Notes: generated from the sequence alone by a model not told the origin. Positions 13,450 through 25,086 are shown, numbered from the stretch's first letter. The stretch: 64,000 nt of DNA from the human T2T-CHM13v2.0 reference genome, Homo sapiens (GCF_009914755.1 NC_060931.1); one strand, 5' to 3'. Numbers and translations: made by a program.

Positions 13450-13797
13450 CAGTCACAGATCAGTTAATGATGGGGATACACTGTGAGAAATGTGTCATTA
13501 GGTGATTTCGTCATTGTGCGTCATTGTGCAAACATCATGGAGTGTAGGTACACAAACCTAGATAGTACAGCCCACTTCATACCTAGGCTTCATGGTAAAG
13601 CTTATTGCTCCTAGGCTACAAACCTGTATAGCTTGTTACTGTACTAAAAACTGAAGGCAACTGTAACTCAATGGTTAAGTATTTGTGTATCTAAACATAG
13701 AAAAGGTACAGTAAAAATACAGTATTATAATCTTATAATCTTATGGTTCCACCATCGTGTATTCAGTCCATCGTTGACTGAAAGGTCACATGAATGT
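13450..13797 (-). mobile_element. Tigger3a/MER7A non-autonomous DNA transposon
   Basis: TA-CAGTCA terminus, GGGGATACAC...TTAGGTGATTTCGTCATTGTG, CTAGGCTACAAACCTGTA. Confidence 0.85.
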
Positions 13798-14257
13798 GTT
13801 TTGACAGCCATTTTTTTAACCAAATATAAAAACAGCGACTTTTTAGATGTACTTAACATTTTCAATGCTACCAAAACAAGGAAATGAAAAATTTCTATAA
13901 TTAGTTTGCATTTTCAGAATCTACAGAAGATATCTTCAATTTCAAAATGTAAGATTTTTATTTCCAAAGTACTTTTTTTTTGGTGTGGGAGACTGAAGTA
14001 GTCACCTAGGAACTTAATTTTATTTCCTATTTTTCCTGTCCTTCTCTCTCCAGCCTCTCACACACCCAATTTGGCTCATTTTTTTTTCATATGTAACTTC
14101 TGAGAAAACCATAGTTTCTGTGTTGCATGTTCTGTTTTTAGTCTCAGCATCTAAAGCTTCTTATTCAGATGCTCATCATTACCAGCCTTTCTAGATAATA
14201 TTTTACTTTAAAAGTAAAAATCATTTGACCTTAGTATATTCAACTTGACTTTTTAAA

Positions 14258-14291
<34 letters not shown>

Positions 14292-14854
14292 TCAACTCAG
14301 GGTTCTTTTCTTTTTAGCAACTCCTGTGAACTTTCTAACTCTGAAACCTATGCAGGAAAATGTATCTATTTTTACCATCTGCCTGTCTCACATTGTATTA
14401 TTAGGAAAGAACTTTTCAGTATGAATTTCATGAGATGAAGCGGGTGACTAATTCCCATTACAGGATTGCAGGATGACTTTCTTAATACTTCTTCCCCTTA
14501 TTACTGAAGATTCCTCCGCTCTGTGGTTTGTTGCTCTACATCAACTGCTATTTAGAAAAAGTTTAAGATAAATACAGAGTTAATTTTAAAAATAATGACT
14601 TTTTGGAGTGCTTCTTGAGTGCAGGTGATGTTCTGTTTCTTGATCTAGGTTCTGGCTACATGCTGTATTTGCTTAGTTTGTGAAAGTTTCTGCAGTTGTA
14701 TACTTATGATTTGTGCACTTTTCCTCAATTAAAGTGTACTAGAAAATACTGCTTAAAAAGAAAAATCACTCTTTGTTAAATTTCAATTCTATTTTGGTGC
14801 TTTTTGTCATTGAGGTGTTCATTATTGTTTAATTGATCTATTAGAGCTCTTCCA

Positions 14855-15560
14855 GCAATTCAAGTCAAAATCCTTGGAGTCATCCTTGACTCCTCTATTT
14901 TTATTACACTTATATCCAATATGTAGGCAAATACTCTCAGCAGCACCTTCAATATAAATCCATAATCCTACCACTTCTCCCCACTTCATTGCTACCACCT
15001 AGATATCTTCAATTTCAAAATGTAAGATTTTGTCATCTTTTGTATAGATTCTTGCAAGGCCAAGCAAATGGTCTCCCTTCTCCCATACTATCCTTATCCC
15101 TCATTCAGTCTATAGAGCACACAGCAGCCAGAGAGATCGTATCCAATTGTAGGATAAATTATATGATTCCTCTGTTCCCAGCTCTCCAGAGGCTTCACAT
15201 TTTACTCCAAGTAAAAGCCAAAATCATTACTGTGACTCACAGCATCCTGTACAATTGGCCCAGGGTGACCTCTCTGGTATCTCCTACTACTCATCTTTTC
15301 ACTCACTCTGCCTCACCAAGGTGGCCCCTTTGGTCCTCTTTCAACACAGTAGACAGCCTCTGTATCAAGTTCTTCGCAGTCACAGTTCTCTCTGTCTTAA
15401 AAACTCTTCCTCAAGATATTCATTCACATGGCTCACTCTTCTCACTTTAGGTAATGTGACCTCATTGAGACTTTCCCTGACCATTGTAAAATTACAACTG
15501 TTTCCCTCCAGCACTCCCTATATCCTTTCCCTGCTTTGCTTTTAGACTTATGACCATTTA
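14855..15560 (+). mobile_element. L2 fragment carrying a 31-bp foreign insert at 15001-15031
   Basis: CCTTGGAGTCATCCTTGACTCCTCT and ACAGCAGCCAGAGAGATC L2 motifs. Confidence 0.8.
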
Positions 15561-15621
15561 ATGTTATATATATATATATATATTTACTTATATACAGAAA
15601 ACATAAATATAGATACAGATA

Positions 15622-15971
15622 CAGTCAAGCCTCCATATCCATGGGTTTCAGGTCTGTGAACTGAGCCAACCCAGATTCAACCACTGCAGATTCAGCCAAC
15701 TGAGGATTAAAAATATAAAGATAAAAATAAATAATAATACAATAATAAAAATAATACAAATAGAATAATACAATATAACAACTATTTACATAGCATTTAC
15801 ATTGTATTAGGTATTAAAAGCAATCTAAAGATGATTTAAAGTATATGAGAGGATGTGTGTTAGTTACATGCAATACCGCACCCTTTTATACAGGGGCTTG
15901 ATCATCTGCAGCTTTTAGTAATCTGCAGTGGTCCTGGAACCATTCCCCTTTTAGATACTGTGGGCTGACTG
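15622..15971 (-). mobile_element. MER2-type Tigger MITE
   Basis: CAGTC...GACTG terminal inverted repeats flanked by TA (15620-21, 15972-73); ATAGCATTTACATTGTATTAGGTATT core. Confidence 0.85.
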
Positions 15972-16592
15972 TACACATATGTATAGACATGGTCAGCAAT
16001 AGATTGTTTTATATATCTTTAGTAATCCTTTGCAAGCCACAAGAATTGCATTTCTGAAAAAATACTATGATTATTAAAACCATGGTTAGCAATAACAAGG
16101 TCTCAGAAAATAGATGATACATTTTAAAAATAATCAAAATAACATTACATATGTAGATCTGAAACACAGTAAATAGAAGTTATAGAAGGCATCTGCTTCC
16201 AAACAACCTAGATTAAACAATAATAAAATCCCACCCTCAGGCAGTCCTTCTAAATTTCCTCCAATTGTTCAAAAAATATTGCAGAGGCTTTCTGTTCCAC
16301 TAAGGAGGTTCTCCCACAAGTTTTCATTTCTGTAGACAACTGTACCTGTTTACATTTTTTTGTATCAGCTCTTATTGAAATACAAATGTTATGGGTTTAT
16401 ATATGAATTGTTTCTTGTTTCCCAATTATTGGTGGGGAATTACTGGTGCTTCAGGAAACTAATATAGTGGGTTGTGGCTATTTTTTAATAAAATAGAATA
16501 AAATAAAAATAAACATTCATTCACACTAATGTTATTAGTATGAATCCTGAATATCAAAGGTAAGTACTACTTTATGAAACTTTTGTTTCAGT

Positions 16593-16593
16593 T

Positions 16594-16637
<44 letters not shown>
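16593..16637. repeat. (TG)n microsatellite
   Basis: Seen directly. Confidence 0.95.
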
Positions 16638-16638
<1 letters not shown>

Positions 16639-17824
16639 GGGGTCATGATATGCAATAAATTTCCTATTGAGGTTTGCAGTAAAAAAGTTTGAAATACATT
16701 GTTCTAAGCATATTTGCTGCCTCAAATATGCCACCCAGAAACTTGCATGTCTTGTATCCAGCATTTGCTTTACCAATAAAATACTCCCATGTTTGTTTAT
16801 TTGGAGATAAAAGGTAGGAAAATCCGACATTTCTAAGAATCCAAACGATGCCAGCCAAAAAGCACATTATTTCCAGAAAGAAAGGTTTCAGTGGGATAAT
16901 TGAAACCAAGAGATTGGCCAGTTACTTGAGTAATCATTGCCCAGAATGGTTATCACTGATTCAAGTAGAACTTCCTTTTCTTGGATTGCATTTCCTATGA
17001 TAAATGGAACTATGTAGTGTCTTTTAAAATCCCAAGTACAAAATGAAATATTGTGCATCTATACAGTTCAATTTTCAGGAGAACTATATAACTCTACAGC
17101 ATTCTGTATTTGTTCCAGAACTCTAATCCAAATTCTTATTCTCCTCCCTTTAGACTGCCATTAACATTAGCATGAGTGGTTCAGAAACAAAATATGTCTG
17201 ATTAGGGTTTGCTGATCCACTCACAAATGCTTCCTGTGTCTCTAACAAGTGATAATATCTCCCATCCTGAATCCAACCACTTTCCAGCAATGTGGAAACA
17301 TGATGAAGTTATTTCATTTGAGGGACCATCCGCCTGTTTCATTTTCTTTACTTTACCCCTACCAAATTATATATAACAAAAAATTAACATTAACCTAGAT
17401 CTATTTAGGATAAGTCACTGGTAATAGCTATTATTTGGCCATTCTACAGAAACATGAATTTTATGTGGTTCAACAGAAAAGCTGAGTATATTCAGTCATG
17501 GTAGAAATCTATTGAAAAATTACGTTCAGGGATTTAGAGGTTGGAATGAGAACATTTGAGTGATCTAGTAAGAAGATAACTCCATGGGGATGTCTATGAT
17601 TTCCATTATATTAGCATTTAATACATTTGTGTTATTATTCATCCTTTCAATACTACACTTATTGAGCACCTGTAGGGTGCTCAAACACTTTCTTGGTGTT
17701 CAGGATAGAAAGATGAATAAGATGTAACTCATTACCTTAAGGAACTTGCAGTCCAATGGCCTACATTCCATTTGAATTTGAATGGAAACATTAGCTTTAA
17801 AGTCTGCTCTACCAACCAATTATT

Positions 17825-18306
17825 TGTAGAAGTCCAGTCAGGGTGGTGGAAGAAATTATAAGAGGAAGTTATAGAAAGAAGCAAACCTTCTTGGAATGCT
17901 GGGAGGTTTTGCAAAAGCTTCGAAAGAGAATTTGGCTGAAGGCAGCCAAATTCTCTTAAGAGCTTAGGTTAGATAAGAAGGGGATGTAAAGAAACTGATC
18001 TAGATAAGTTAGTTTACTTAGGCCTCCGAACCTGGCCTTTAATCATCTGCACGCAGGACTACTCCGGGGGCGACCATATTAATTATCCACAAGTGTGTTG
18101 ACTCAAGGCCTTTGTCATTAAATCTGTACCAAATAAATGCCTGCAGCACCAGCTCGTCACGACCACAGCTGCTACAACTCTTTACAGCACACTCTTTGGT
18201 GTCTGTGAGTGGCCCAGTCCCCTAGACCGCTCTTTCACTGGATACCTGTGTCTAAGTGCATTTTTTCGTCTGTCACTTGGTCACGATCTGCAGGTTGAAC
18301 CCAGCA
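17825..18306 (+). repeat. 5' LTR (LTR22-type), 482 bp
   Basis: TGTAGAAGTCCAGTCAGGGTGG...CCCAGCA; AATAAA near 18132; about 88% identical to 25101-25588. Confidence 0.95.
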
Positions 18307-18308
18307 GG

Positions 18309-18326
18309 TGATGGCCCGCATGAGGA
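18309..18326 (+). promoter_or_regulatory. Primer-binding site, tRNA-Ile(AAU)-type (decayed)
   Basis: TGATGGCCCGCATGAGGA matches TGGTGGCCCGTACGGGGA (recalled complement of the tRNA-Ile 3' end) at 14/18; lies 2 nt after the LTR. Confidence 0.8.
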
Positions 18327-18458
18327 ATGCTGCAACGGTTCATGACAGAACCCTTGAAAACAAAGGTGAAGAGACTGTACAGTCAGTAAGTCAGTAAGTC
18401 ATTGGTGCCCACTAGGGATTTCCAAGTTCAAGGGAATTGTTCAGGTTAGGGTTTCATC

Positions 18459-19993
18459 ATGGGACAACAGTTATCAGCTCAACAGCAACAGTATACAGAA
18501 GTATTGAAACAGCTGCTTAAAGCTAGTGGAGCCTCAGTTTCACAGGCTCAATTAAGGGACCTAATGCAAACTGTTGTTTCCCATAACCCATGGTTCCTAG
18601 AAGAAGGTACACTAGACGTAGAGCTGTGGGAACAAGTGGGGAGAAATCTTAAACAACATCATGCACAAGGGCAACAGGTCCCAGTAACATCTCTAACATT
18701 ATGGGCTTTATTTAGGGTGGCTGTAGTCCCGCTCTATGCAGAAGAGCCTAAAAAGGGAAGGGAGGAGGAACCGTCACCTACCTTACCACCTCCTTATCCC
18801 TCAGCCCCGCTAACACTGGGCCAAAATAACAAAGAGGAAATGAAGGTTTTGCCTGAGCCCCCTCCTCCAATAAATTGGAAAAAAGACAAGGGATACGCTA
18901 CAGCTATGGGACCCTGTCTCAGGCAAGCGGCATTAGAAGGGGAACTCTAACCCTGCCAGGTAGTGCAAGATCAACAAGGCAATCAGGTACATGAACCCAT
19001 TTCTTTTAACTCTTATAAAGAGCTAAGAAAAAGTATTAAAGAAAACAGAGCCACTAGCCCATTTATGAAAGGAATTATTGAAGCCATGGCAGACAACTTC
19101 CCATGGGACTGGTCAGTGCTAGCTAAAACAACTTTGGAGCCCAGCCAATACCTCCTCTGGAGGGCAGAATATGATGAGTCGTGTGAACAACAAGCCTACC
19201 AGAATCAGTTGGCTAGGCAAGACATAATGCTGATATGCTCCAGGGGAGGAGTCCCCATGCCGATGTACAACAACAACTAAATTTTGATCCCCAGGCCTAT
19301 GTACATGTGTCTTTGTGTGATCTTAGGGCTTGACAAATTCCCAAAAGCGGAGTTCAACAGGGATCTTTTACAAATGTTCGACAAGGGCCTCAGGAGCCAT
19401 TTGTTGAAATTATCATTCAGTTAACCCAGGCAATTAAGAGACAAATTAGTCATGCCCAGACCGCTGATATCTTATTTTTGCAATTGGCTTATGAAAATGC
19501 TAATGTCAATTGCCAACAAGCAATGCAGACAATCAGAGGAAAGGCAGCCACAGTCGAGGAACTTATACGAGCATGTCAACTGGTGGGGACTGAAACACAC
19601 AAAGCCAAAATATTGGCTATGGCATTAAGGCCTCCTAAAGTGGAAAGGGACAGAAACCCAAAGTGTTTTCTATGCGGAGAGCCAGGTTATGTGCAGACGG
19701 AATGCCCCAATAATAAAGACCAAGGTAACTCAGGAAAAGAAACTCCTTCTATATGCCCCCAACGTAAAAAGGAGAAACATTGGGCAAATCAATTCAGGTC
19801 CAAATTTGACAAAAACAGCAACCCCATAAGTAACCAGGCGGGAAACTTCATGAGGGGCTGGCCTCAGGCCCCGCTAAAAGCTGGGGCAATGCCAGCGGCT
19901 TGCTTTGGTCAGATGGGAAGCCCACAGTCCTCTCTCTCAGAGCAGTCACTGCTAGGAGCGCAGAGCTGGACTTACTTTGCCCCAACAAATTAG
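18459..19993 (+). pseudogene. gag: HML-5 gag (MA-late domains-CA-NC), disrupted
   Basis: Myristoylation-type MGQQLS start, PWFLEEGTLDVELW matrix motif, PPPYPSAP, two damaged CCHC knuckles; stop at 18948-50 and later frameshifts. Confidence 0.9.
19840..19887 (+). promoter_or_regulatory. gag-pro -1 ribosomal frameshift signal (G GGA AAC plus H-type pseudoknot)
   Basis: Heptamer is in the gag frame; stem1 GGGGCT 19854-59 / GGCCCC 19867-72; stem2 GCCTCA 19861-66 / TGGGGC 19882-87; the -1 frame is the dUTPase frame. Confidence 0.8.
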
Positions 19994-20628
19994 TGCTAAA
20001 AGAAGGAGAAGACCCTAAAAAGGTTGCAACTGGGATCTGGGGCCCACTGCCTCTGGGAACAGTGGGATTAGTCCTAGAGCGATCAAGCCTATCCAGTAAA
20101 GGAATTAATGTGCTCACTGGGGTGATTGATAGTGATTATCAAGGTGAGATATTAGTTATGATGAAATGTAAAGGTCTGCATATTCTTCCCCCTGGATCAA
20201 AGATAGCTCAGTTACTGCTTTTACCATACTAGGTCCCCAACACCCATGGAAAGGAAAGGGGAAAAGGAAGTTTTGGAAGCACAGGAGCCACAGGAGTATA
20301 CAGGAATCAATTAATCACTGATCAGAGACCCATGATTACCTTAAAAATTGGAAATAAGAATTTTACTAGCTTATTGGACACAGGGGAAGATACTTCAATC
20401 ACTAGTGATCAAAACTGGCCAGAAACTTGGCCTCGGGCCACTCAGAAACAAAAAATTGTCAGCACTGGGGAAGCTCACACAGCCAAGCAGAGCATGTACC
20501 CCCCAACATGTTGTGATTCAGAGGAAAGAAATGCAGTTATACAACTTCTAATAACGTCCATCCCTGCTAATCTTTGGGGACGGGACCTATTAGCTCAATG
20601 GGAGGTCATTCTGTGGACCCCTTTCTAG
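19840..20628 (+). pseudogene. pro: HML-5 pro (dUTPase plus aspartyl protease), disrupted
   Basis: dUTPase motifs (SAELDL, RSSLSSKG, GVIDSDYQGEI, KIAQLLLLP); protease LLDTGED and WGRDLL; in-frame TAG at 20230-32. Confidence 0.9.
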
Positions 20629-23278
20629 TAATGGCCACTGTTATTATCCCTCCCCTACCTCTGATGAGGCTCTCTCAAGATCCAATTTGGGTAGACCAGT
20701 GGCCTTTAAAGGGAGAGAAATTGCAAAGAGCCCATGAGTTTGTTGAAGAGCAATTAAAAGCCAGTCATATAGAACCATCAAAAAGACCTTGGAATTCACC
20801 CATTTTCATCATTCCCAAAAAGTCTGGTAAATAGAGACTTTTGCATGACTAACATGCTATCAATGCTAATTTGAAACCTATGGGACCCCTTGAGCAGGTG
20901 TTCTCCTCCCCTTCAGTGATTCCTTGAGATTGGCATATAATAGTTATTGGCTTAAAATACTGCATTTGTACTATTCCCTTTGCAGAACAGGACAGAGAAA
21001 AATTTGTGTTTATAATACCAGCTATAAATAACGAAAGGCCAGCTCCCCGATTTCACTGGAAAGTGCTTCCTGAAGGGATGCTAAACAGTCCTACCATGTG
21101 TCAGTATCATGTAAATCAAGCTTTGCTCCTCAGTAGAAAAGAATTTCCTAATTGCAAGACTATTCATTTTATGGATGATATTTTACTAGCAGCCCCAATG
21201 GATCCAGCACTTTTAAGTTTATGTGCCTCTGTTGTAAAGAATACACAGTTAAGAGGTTTAATCATAGCACCTGAAAAAGTACAGATGTCCTCTCCTTGGA
21301 AATATCTTGGGTACATACTAACTTCGTGGTCAGTAAGACCTCAAAAGGTTAAATTAAATACTAGCAACTTACACACCTTAAATGATTATCAGAAATTACT
21401 AGGCAATATTAACTGGCTTTGCCCCACCTTGGGCATAACTACTGATAAGTTACAGAACCTGTTTTCTATCTTAAAAGACAATGCTGCTCTAGACTCTCCC
21501 AGGTATTTAACTCCTGCAGCACAAAGGGAAATTGAGGAAGTAGAGCAAGCTATTTCTCAGAGGCAACTAGATCATATTGATCCATGGTATTCAGTTCAAT
21601 TGTCTGTTTTTCCCACTAAACACTCCCCTACAGGGTTAGTAGGACAGATGGCCCCAGAGCTACGCTTTCTGGAATGGGTTTTTTTGCTCACATACTGGGA
21701 CTAAACCCTTCTCTCCCTATATACAGTTAGTTAGTAAAGTCATCTATTCAGGCCACAGACGATGCAATCTATTACTAGGTTATGACCCTGATATCATCAG
21801 AATTCCTTTAAGTAAAAAGCAATGTGAAGCAGTATTGCCCTTATATATCGACCTGCAAACAGCACGGTCTGATTACACAGGCCATATAGAGCCTGCCCTT
21901 CCTGCTGACAAACTCCTTCAGTTCTTATCTTGTACTTCTGTGGTTTTGCCTAAAAAATAGTTCAGTCCCCCACACCTAATGCTTTAACACTGTTTACTAA
22001 TGGCTCTGGTAAACATGGAAAAGTGGCTGTTTGGTGGAGACTGCATAATTCCCTCACTCATTCTGGATTTAATAGCACTCAGAGAGCTGAGGTTGGACCC
22101 TTAATATTGACTCTGGAGACTTTTCTACTCAGCCCATCAATATTGTTAGTGACTCTGCTTACTCTGTTCATTTGTTGCAGAACCTTGAGACAGCCCTCAT
22201 TAAGTCGACTCTGGAGCCCACTCTATGTGCACTTTTTCTTTGACTTCAGCATTTGCTAGATCAACATACACATCCTATTTTTATCACACATATTCGAGCC
22301 TACAGCTGACTGCCTGGCCCATTGGCTTATGGCAATGATCAAGCAGACCTACAGGTCTGCCAATCACATCAATTTTTCCACCAAGGCTGGAGAAACTTAT
22401 CTAAACAATTTCAACTTACCCAGAGACTAGCTAAACAAATCATCCTGCAATGCCCAGATTGCCAGCTCATAGGCACATCCCCTCCTTCAACAGGTGTTAA
22501 CCCTAGAGGACTAGAACCTAATCAGTTATGGCAAACAAATGTTACACACATCCCTGAATTTGGAAAACTTAGATATGTACATATATCCGTTGATACCAAT
22601 TCTCACTTAATTAGCGCTTGTGCCATTCCTGGAGAGTCCACCCAATATGTCATTAAACATCTCCTTTTAACTTTTGCATGTATGGAGCATCCCACAAAAA
22701 TTAAAACTGATAATGGTCTGGCTTATGCCAGCTCATAATTTCAACAATGTCATCACATATAGAACATCCAACATTCTGCAGGCATCCTGTATAACCCCCA
22801 AGGACAGGCCATAGTAGATCATACCCACTCCACCCTTAAAAATATGCTCAGAAAACAAAAAAGGGGGAATATGAGTAAGGACCCTGCAACACCATTGGCA
22901 CAAGCCTTATTTACCCTTAATTTTTAAAATTTAAATGATAAATTTCAATCAGCTGTAGAAAAGCACTTTGCTAAAACTTCTCAAGACATAAAACCTGCAG
23001 TTTTATGGAAAGATGTAAACAGTAATGTATGGCGTGGTCCAAATGAATTGTTAACATGGGGAAGAGGATATGCTTGTGTTCACACTCCCTCGGGTCCTCT
23101 TTGGATTCCAAGACAACACTTTGAACCATACCATGGCATGGCTAGGACCCAACCCAGTACCAGAAATGAAGAAAATGACCCTGCAGGACCCACAGCCCTG
23201 GATGATGCAGCTTCCTCAGACGACACAAGCCCAGGACATTACCTGGGGGATGCTGAAGAAGACAACTCAGGAGGCTGA
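20619..23278 (+). pseudogene. pol: HML-5 pol (RT-RNase H-integrase), disrupted
   Basis: WNSPIFIIPKKSGK, VLPEGMLNSPT, FMDD, HHCC zinc motif (HQFFH...CPDC), KTDNG, YNPQGQ, WGRGYAC; C CCT TTC slippery site at 20619-25; many stops and frameshifts. Confidence 0.92.
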
Positions 23279-25085
23279 GTGAATCCTGCTCCAGACACAG
23301 ACACCATTCAGTCCAGATAATTTGTTCCTTGCTATGCTCTCTGTTGTACATTGCAACTCACATAGGGCATTGATCCTTTTTATGCTCTCGCTTTGTATGC
23401 AACCTGTACCTACTATACTCTATTGGGCTAATCTCTTAGGTCTGCCTTTCTTTCACCGTGTCACCTAGGCAGATACTCCCTTCCCAGCCTCTAAGAACGC
23501 AACTGCTTGCCTAGGAGGGATAGATTTACCCCCAGTGGGGTCCCTCATTAATGGCACACATTGGACTAAGGTGCCAGGTAACACTACATATCACTCCACT
23601 ATCCACACACTGTGTGTAAGTTATAAAAGTTCTAACCCTTACTGTGTAGCTGCCCAAACACAATTATGGCTACATCATGGCAAAGGAAATGCCTTAACAG
23701 TCTTAGCTGCAGGTAGCCTCAAAGCGGACAATGCAATCAATGCCAGTTTCCCAAACATTCCTCCCTGTGATAAAGAACAAACCTGGGAAAGTAATGGATT
23801 CCACTTTAGCTGGGAGGTGTCATGGGGGGCAGGCCCATAGCCTCCAGTTAGGCAATTATAACATCTTAGACTGGAGTTCTCACAGCCATTTGCAGGGCAA
23901 TCATACTGATGTCCACATCTATCATGGCATCAATGACAGTTTTGTGGCCATGTTCCATTCCCCTATAGTTTGGACTGATAGGGGAATGGGATATCCCAGA
24001 CCCCAAGTAGAGTCCCTGCCACCCCAAGACACTTTATGGAGACTGGGACATCTTAGGACCCCCCTTAACACCTGGCATGAGACATCATAATTCCACTCAC
24101 AATTATACTATGACCTTTTTCCATAATCACACTGATCAGTGCCTGATGTTCACTACCCATCCATATGTTTTCCTTATGGGAACCAATATTTCTGTTACAC
24201 CCCAAAACTCCAGATTTGTGACTCGGGTGCAGGGACAGGCTTGGTTTGCCTAACTTGTATCAATAATTATAATATGTCTAATTTAAATATTACTAGTGTC
24301 ATGGTATTGAGGAGAAAATCTAAGGCTTTCCTACCAGTCAATTTAACACGTGATTGGCAAGGTTCCTCTGCCCTCACCACCTTAGAATGTTCCCTGTCCA
24401 AAGTCAGACACAAAAGATTCATAGTTACACTTACAGCCTTTATAGTCTCAGCCATAGTCATCCTAGCAACTGCTTGTGTTGCTGTAGCATCTATTACTAA
24501 GTCTGTACAAGCAGCTACTTTTGTAGATAATTTGGCCAGAAATGTGTCTAATAAACTTCTTAGAGCATGGTACAGATCAAAAGATTCTTGCACATCTGCA
24601 AGCCCTAGAGGCTGCCTTGGAATATGTAAGTGAGCGACAAGATGCACTGGCATTCCCACAGCAATTAAACTGTGACTGGGAGCTTAAGCACATCTATGTC
24701 ACCTCTCTACCATCAATTCCATCAACCGATACATAGTTGGGATGAGGTGAAACAACACCTCTGGGGAACCTTTCATGACAATTTAACAGCAGATGTAAAG
24801 CAACTTAAAACTAAAATTCAAGAATCCCTAAATGCCATAGATCTACATGCCCAACAAACAGCCATATGGAAAGGTGTGCGTGAACATCCCTCCTGGATAG
24901 ACCCCCACTCCTGGGGGGTCCCTCCTTGATTAGAAAGGAATATTGCTATTTATACTCATGTTTGTCTTATGTTATTTACTAATTCTAGGATGCAAAGCTG
25001 GAGTATGAGTTATAACTGCCATGCCTGACAGACATGTTGCTGCACACATCTGTAATCTTCAATCAACAAAACCTGATGCAAAAAA
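23133..25085 (+). pseudogene. env: HML-5 env, disrupted
   Basis: Betaretroviral leader ITWGMLKK...NLFLAML, furin site RHKR (24406-17) followed by a hydrophobic fusion peptide, TM segment NCDW...; start and end approximate. Confidence 0.85.
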
Positions 25086-25086
25086 C

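Noticed and set aside
13509-13745. 10-bp (CGTCATTGTG) and 8-bp (ATAATCTT) tandem duplications in Tigger3a
   Set aside because: Ordinary slippage duplications
21006-21704. 232-aa RT ORF with FMDD as a functional reverse transcriptase or retron-like system
   Set aside because: A fragment of decayed proviral pol; the RT N-terminus upstream has stops, and there is no independent start or associated RNA
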